Assembly (NCBI GenBank): GCA_000388065.2 | Contig: KB932235.1 | Origin: Fonticula alba ATCC 38817 | Lineage: Eukaryota > Protista > Nucleariida | Length of the DNA: 8,415 nt | Reading direction: 5' to 3' (one strand) | In this document: piece by piece, positions 4,810-8,415 of the stretch | How the letters are laid out: each line of letters opens with the position of its first letter | Position numbering within the stretch: position 1 is the first letter of the stretch | Notes under the pieces: model-generated | The model's input: only the letters and a program-made list of their open reading frames with translations | Databases searched by the model: none | What the model was told of the DNA's origin: nothing | Program-made: the position numbers and the translations under genes

Positions 4810-7675
4810 CTGGTGACATTGGCCATTTGGTCCATCGAAGGGGGAGGGAGGGAGAGGGAGAGGGAAAGTCAGGCCAGGGCCCACTGTTGGGGCAGGGGAG
4901 ATAGAGCGAGCCGAGGACAGGCAACCATGGGAGAGATGGAGGGCAGGAGGGGGGGGGGGGGACATGACGTACGACATCGCTGAAAATGGGGGAGATCTCG
5001 CCCGAGTCGACAACATCGCACGCCTCAGACGCGCCGAGGGCCAGGACGAAATGCAGCCCGAAGGCGGCCCAGGTGAAAGCCGCGAAGATGAAGGACAGAA
5101 TAACTGCCACCTTGGATGCCAGGGTGAAGCGCAGGGAGATCGTCGCCAGGACCAGGAGGATCAACACACAGGGAACAATGAAGACAGCAAGGACAATGCT
5201 CGATCTGGGACGGGAAGGAGGCGCATGGCCCCAGAGCCGGAGGGAGGGGGCGGGATGGGGTGGGGGATTGGGAGAGGGGGGACGGCGTAAGGAAAACATC
5301 CGGCATGTTAGAGAGGGAGGAAGGAGACAAGGGCAAGTTGCATATGAAAAAGGAGGGACATCGAAAAATATGCACGTGTGTGTGTATGTGAAAAAGCAAA
5401 CAACAGCGCGCACCTGTATGGCTCATACGGATCGATGTACGTGTCCTTGGCCTGCATAAGGAGGTCGGTGGTGGAATGGATTGTGTTCGCTGTCGGAAGG
5501 GCCGCATTCAGGTGGAAGGTCTGATAGGACCCGGCCATTTCCTCCTGCATGCTGGTGACGCTGTCTCGGACGACTGCCCGAGGAGGAAGAAGAGGGCGAG
5601 GGGGGGGGGGGGGGGGAGAGACAGAGCGGCGAAACATGCGCCCGAATCCTGTCAGACACAGAGCAGAACCGGGCCAGGCAGCCCGGGGGAAAGGGGGAAG
5701 AGGCGGGAAGGGGCAAGAGAGCGAGGCAGGGCAGCATAAGACGACATACGGTCACCGTAAGATTGAATGCGGCCGGCGAAATCCCCGAGATTGCTGTCTA
5801 TCGCGGAGGTCAAATCACTCGAGGCCTCCTCGATGTTGTTGTTGCCAATGGCATCAATCAGGATATCCTCGATTTCGTCGGACCCCGCGAAAACAGCCTC
5901 CTCGGTGGAGAGTGCCGTGCCGGAGACCCCGAGCAAGTCGCAGGCGGCATCTCCGCCACGCAGAGCCCATGGGCGCCCGGGCCCGGGAGCCCGATAGGCA
6001 TCAACCAGAGCAGCGTTCAAACGCTGAACATCGTCCAGCTGGGCCGCATCATCGAGGAACCGATTGAAGACATCCTGAAAGTCGTTGGCGGCGTTGTCCT
6101 GCGTGGGAAAGAGAAAGAGAGAGAGAGAAATAAAGAAGGAGATGGGGGAGGGAGGAGACAGGGAAGGGGTGCGATTGGTTCCCCGGTGAGAATGCATGTA
6201 AGTAGACTGTGAAGGGGACAGGGAGAAGAGAACGAGCAGGGGGGCGTGCGTGTGTGTGTGTGTGTGTGTGTGTGTTTGGGAGGGGGGGGAAGGGGACAGG
6301 ACGAGAAAACGCACGAAGTTGGCGGCCTGATCGATGACCTGGTCAGCTTGGGCATCGAAGTTGGCCGTTGCGGCGGCCACCTCGCGCGATTGGATCCACA
6401 GAAGACCCTCCTGCCCGGCAAACGTCTCGATCGGGTCATAGGCCACGGTGAAGGCGCTGCTGGCCAGCTGGCCGAAGCTGATCGGAGTATGCTCGACCGT
6501 TGCATTGAGCACTGGCAGGTAGGCATCCAGATGGTCATACACACCGGCCGACAGGTGCAGCGAGGAGCCCATGGCCTCGGCAGTGAAGGTGTTGGAGGCG
6601 ATGCCGAGCCCCGCAAAGACCGCGATCAGACCGGACCCAATGGCCAGGATGACTAGCGAGAAGATCCGGTCCGACCGGGAGTAGGGCTTCTGCGCGCGGT
6701 CGGCTCCGCCGCAGCAGGCCAACGACCGACAGGGGAAGAAGACAATGGCCAGGATCAGGAAGAAGAGCGCCAGCAGCGCGGCGATGGAGAGAATAATCAG
6801 GAGGACCTGACAACGGGGAAGCCGCCGAAGGGTGGGAGAGAACCGTGAGTGGGAGAGGCAGAAGCAGAGCGAAGCAAAGAGAAGCAGAGGGGGGGAAAGC
6901 CAAAGGGGAGGGGTGGGGGGGGGGCGGGGAGCGAAAACAGAACGGAGAGGAGAAAGTCCAGCCAGCATCATGGACCAGTGTGCGAGATGTCTGCATACGC
7001 ACGACGTTGTCTGCGGCAAACTCGCCAATTGTGAAGAGAGGTGCTCCGGGATCCTGGCTGCTGTCGGCCGTGGGGGCGGCGGCGGCGGCGGCGGCGGACA
7101 CCGGGAAAAGCGGCTCATAATAAGATGGCACAACGAAGGTGTTGTCCGGGATGCGCAAGCGCGTGGGTGACCGGAGGATGGCCGCCAGCCAGACCCATGG
7201 CCGAAGGCCGGCCGACAGGGACGTTCGATCACCAAGGGCCAAGATTGACTCGTCATAGTCGGACGTGGGAACCAGCGGTGCCTTCAGGAAGGGGCTATCG
7301 GAGGAGTCCCCACGGCCGATGCCGGTGGCTGGAAACCGCGGAGAAACGAGACACAGGAGGCAAGGCAAGCGGCGTGCGCGCGTGCGTGCGAGAAGTGCGA
7401 GAGGTGCGAAGAGGGGAGGAGGGAGGAACGGCACGCGGGGGGGGGTTGGGGGGGAGGGTGCGCAGTCAGTGGCATGGGAAGGGAGATGCGCTCCGGGGAG
7501 GATCAAGGATGACTGGCTGGCAGTCGGGCAAAACGGCAGCAGCACAACGGAGAGGCGTACAGGAGGCAAATGCCGAGCCGACCATCAGCAAAAGAGCCAG
7601 CATGGAGAAGAGCAGGAGCAGTAGACGGCGCCCGGCCCGGGCGGCGCTTCGCCCGGGGTCCGGAGGGAAATGCAT
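3043..7675 (-). CDS. Prominin/Tweety(TTYH)-superfamily pentaspan membrane protein, 1146 aa; complement(join(3043..4809,4973..5204,5414..5573,5750..6098,6315..6806,7003..7328,7561..7675))
   Basis: Seven exons (115+326+492+349+160+232+1767 = 3441 nt) join with matching phases 1,0,0,1,2,0 and no internal stop. Layout: signal peptide aa 1-37, TM1 148-172, then CRSLACCGG, TM2 195-217, loop of about 264 aa, YEPYR then TM3 482-505, TM4 513-538 then SEAC, loop of about 300 aa, ECR-x13-C...LDGLW, TM5 about 842-864, tail of about 280 aa. The family call is by motif recall, not a database search. Confidence 0.75.
3475..3516 (-). repeat. (GAT GAC)n-type coding repeat encoding a 14-residue Asp/Glu tract
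   Basis: Read directly in the exon 7 frame. Confidence 0.85.
4949..4961 (-). repeat. C13 run (sense strand) in intron 6, 11 nt after the donor G
   Basis: G13 on the + strand. Confidence 0.85.
4973..5204 (-). CDS. Exon 6: TM3, TM4 and post-TM4 SEAC
   Basis: Acceptor TCCCAG at 5205, donor GTC|GTACGT at 4972; intron 6 = 4810-4972 (163 nt). Confidence 0.85.
5414..5573 (-). CDS. Exon 5: end of extracellular loop 1 (...YIDPYEPYR)
   Basis: Acceptor GGGCAG at 5574, donor AG|GTGCGC at 5413; intron 5 = 5205-5413 (209 nt). Confidence 0.8.
5600..5616 (-). repeat. C17 run (sense strand) in intron 4
   Basis: G17 on the + strand. Confidence 0.85.
5750..6098 (-). CDS. Exon 4: extracellular loop 1 (helical, acidic; Cys364)
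   Basis: Acceptor ACGCAG at 6099, donor C|GTATGT at 5749; intron 4 = 5574-5749 (176 nt). Confidence 0.85.
6250..6275 (-). repeat. (AC)13 microsatellite in intron 3
   Basis: (GT)13 on the + strand. Confidence 0.9.
6315..6806 (-). CDS. Exon 3: TM1, Cys cluster, TM2, start of extracellular loop 1 (contains the NAT sequon)
   Basis: Acceptor TGTCAG at 6807, donor TTC|GTGCGT at 6314; intron 3 = 6099-6314 (216 nt). Confidence 0.85.
7003..7328 (-). CDS. Exon 2: N-terminal ectodomain (TGIGRGDSS...EFAADNV)
   Basis: Acceptor TTTCCAG at 7329, donor GTC|GTGCGT at 7002; intron 2 = 6807-7002 (196 nt). Confidence 0.75.
7075..7095 (-). repeat. (GCC)7 coding repeat, poly-Ala7 in exon 2
   Basis: Read directly. 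Confidence 0.9.
7561..7675 (-). CDS. Exon 1: signal peptide MHFPPDPGRSAARAGRRLLLLLFSMLALLLMVGSAFA|S
   Basis: ATG 7675-7673 in GCCATG context; basic n-region, Leu-rich h-region, A-F-A cleavage motif. Donor T|GTACGC at 7560; intron 1 = 7329-7560 (232 nt). Confidence 0.7.
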
Positions 7676-8048
7676 GGCAGGGAAGGCGCAGACAGGGCCA
7701 TGCGGCGGGAGAGAAAAAAAAAGGCAGACAGTAGCAGGGGGAGGAGGGGCAAAGACGGCAGGGGCGTGGAGATCTAGCACAGGCGGCCCCGCAGGAGAAG
7801 AGGGGAGGCTGGGAAAGGGGAGGGGGAAGAGAAAGAGGGGAGGGAGAGAACGCCAGGGGCGGGGGAGGTGGAGATGCTTGGCCACCGGGGCTCGGGGGGG
7901 GGCGGGTCGGGGGTGGCCGAAAAAAGCCCGGCCACGGAGCCTCCCCAGACCGAGGACAGGCGATTGGTAGGATGGCGACCGAACGGAGGGGTGGGCGCCC
8001 GGAGAGAAAGGCATCACGGCGCGGATCCCGCCGGGGCCCGCACACGCG

Positions 8049-8084
<36 letters not shown>

Positions 8085-8415
8085 GGCGGCCTTCCTCGAG
8101 GTGACCCCACCGGTGGCGGCCAGCGCGGCCCCCGGCCGGCGCGCCCCCGGGTCGACCAGTTGCTCCTTCGCCCCAGCCCCTTGGAGGTGGTGTGATGGCA
8201 AATTCCGGGGGAACGGCGAGGGGGAGGGGGGGGGGCGGGACGACAATCGACACTGAGGCCGGGGGATGAAAAAGAAGCAACCCCGGCCCAGCCCCGCCAC
8301 ACCACAAACTGGGCGGGTGGCGATCACCGGCCCGGGCCACTGCGGGCTTCGTTCTTATCTGCCCCTGCACGGAGCGCGCCCGGCTCCGGCTGTCCGTTCT
8401 CTCCCCGGGCTGTGA
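7676..8415 (-). promoter_or_regulatory. Probable 5' leader/promoter region of the prominin/Tweety-like gene
   Basis: Position only: pyrimidine-rich sense strand at 7676-7860 and a very GC-rich block beyond it. No TATA or other core element is recognisable. Confidence 0.35.
8049..8082 (+). repeat. C34 homopolymer upstream of the prominin/Tweety-like gene
   Basis: Read directly. Confidence 0.9.

Noticed and set aside
3718-4983. 421-aa antisense ORF (and 3155..3793, 3893..4360) opposite exon 7
   Set aside because: Typical stop-poor shadow frames of GC-rich coding DNA; Arg/Gly/Gln-rich with no recognisable motif.
6245-6315. 7-bp complementarity between the intron 3 donor (CGTGCGT) and downstream ACGCACG; also the alternating purine-pyrimidine tract at 7372-7390 (Z-DNA-like)
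   Set aside because: Too short and expected by chance in CG/CA-rich introns; no equivalent pairing in the other introns.
85-7675. Functional link between the HOPS/CORVET subunit and the neighbouring membrane protein
   Set aside because: Adjacent convergent eukaryotic genes are not evidence of a shared pathway; it would need conserved synteny or co-expression, which cannot be seen here.
7466-8370. Long ORFs on both strands with poly-Gly or poly-Pro in the upstream region
   Set aside because: Produced by the C34 run and extreme GC content; only 7561-7675 behaves as an exon.
1-8415. CRISPR arrays, transposons (TIR/LTR/TSD), tRNA/rRNA genes, non-standard genetic code, selenocysteine recoding of TGA
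   Set aside because: No spaced direct repeats, terminal repeats, transposase/RT motifs or RNA-gene signatures were seen. Both gene models translate cleanly with the standard code, with TGA only at their ends.

Overview
GC-rich eukaryotic genomic DNA with spliceosomal GT-AG introns, not a prokaryotic or mobile-element locus. The style (C-rich introns of about 160-320 nt, homopolymer and microsatellite runs, low-complexity protein inserts) suggests a GC-rich microbial eukaryote, possibly a Fonticula-like opisthokont. That taxon guess is unverified. Two convergent genes can be built by hand with consistent splice phases. (1) On the + strand is the 3' part of a Vps39/TGFBRAP1(Vps3)-family HOPS/CORVET subunit: exons 85-1763 and 2086-2392, about 661 aa visible, ending in a Vps39_2-type CxxC...HxxC finger. 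(2) On the - strand is a complete 7-exon gene (7675 to 3043; 3441 nt, 1146 aa). It encodes a signal peptide plus five TM helices of the prominin/Tweety (TTYH) superfamily, combining prominin-like size and topology with a Tweety-like cysteine signature and a charge-blocked cytosolic tail of about 280 aa. The other main signal is the splicing code: all 7 donors are GTRYGY (never +4A), the introns are almost free of AG, candidate branch points lie far upstream, and C runs sit on the sense strand. Most ORFs in the supplied track are GC-rich shadow ORFs or read through introns.
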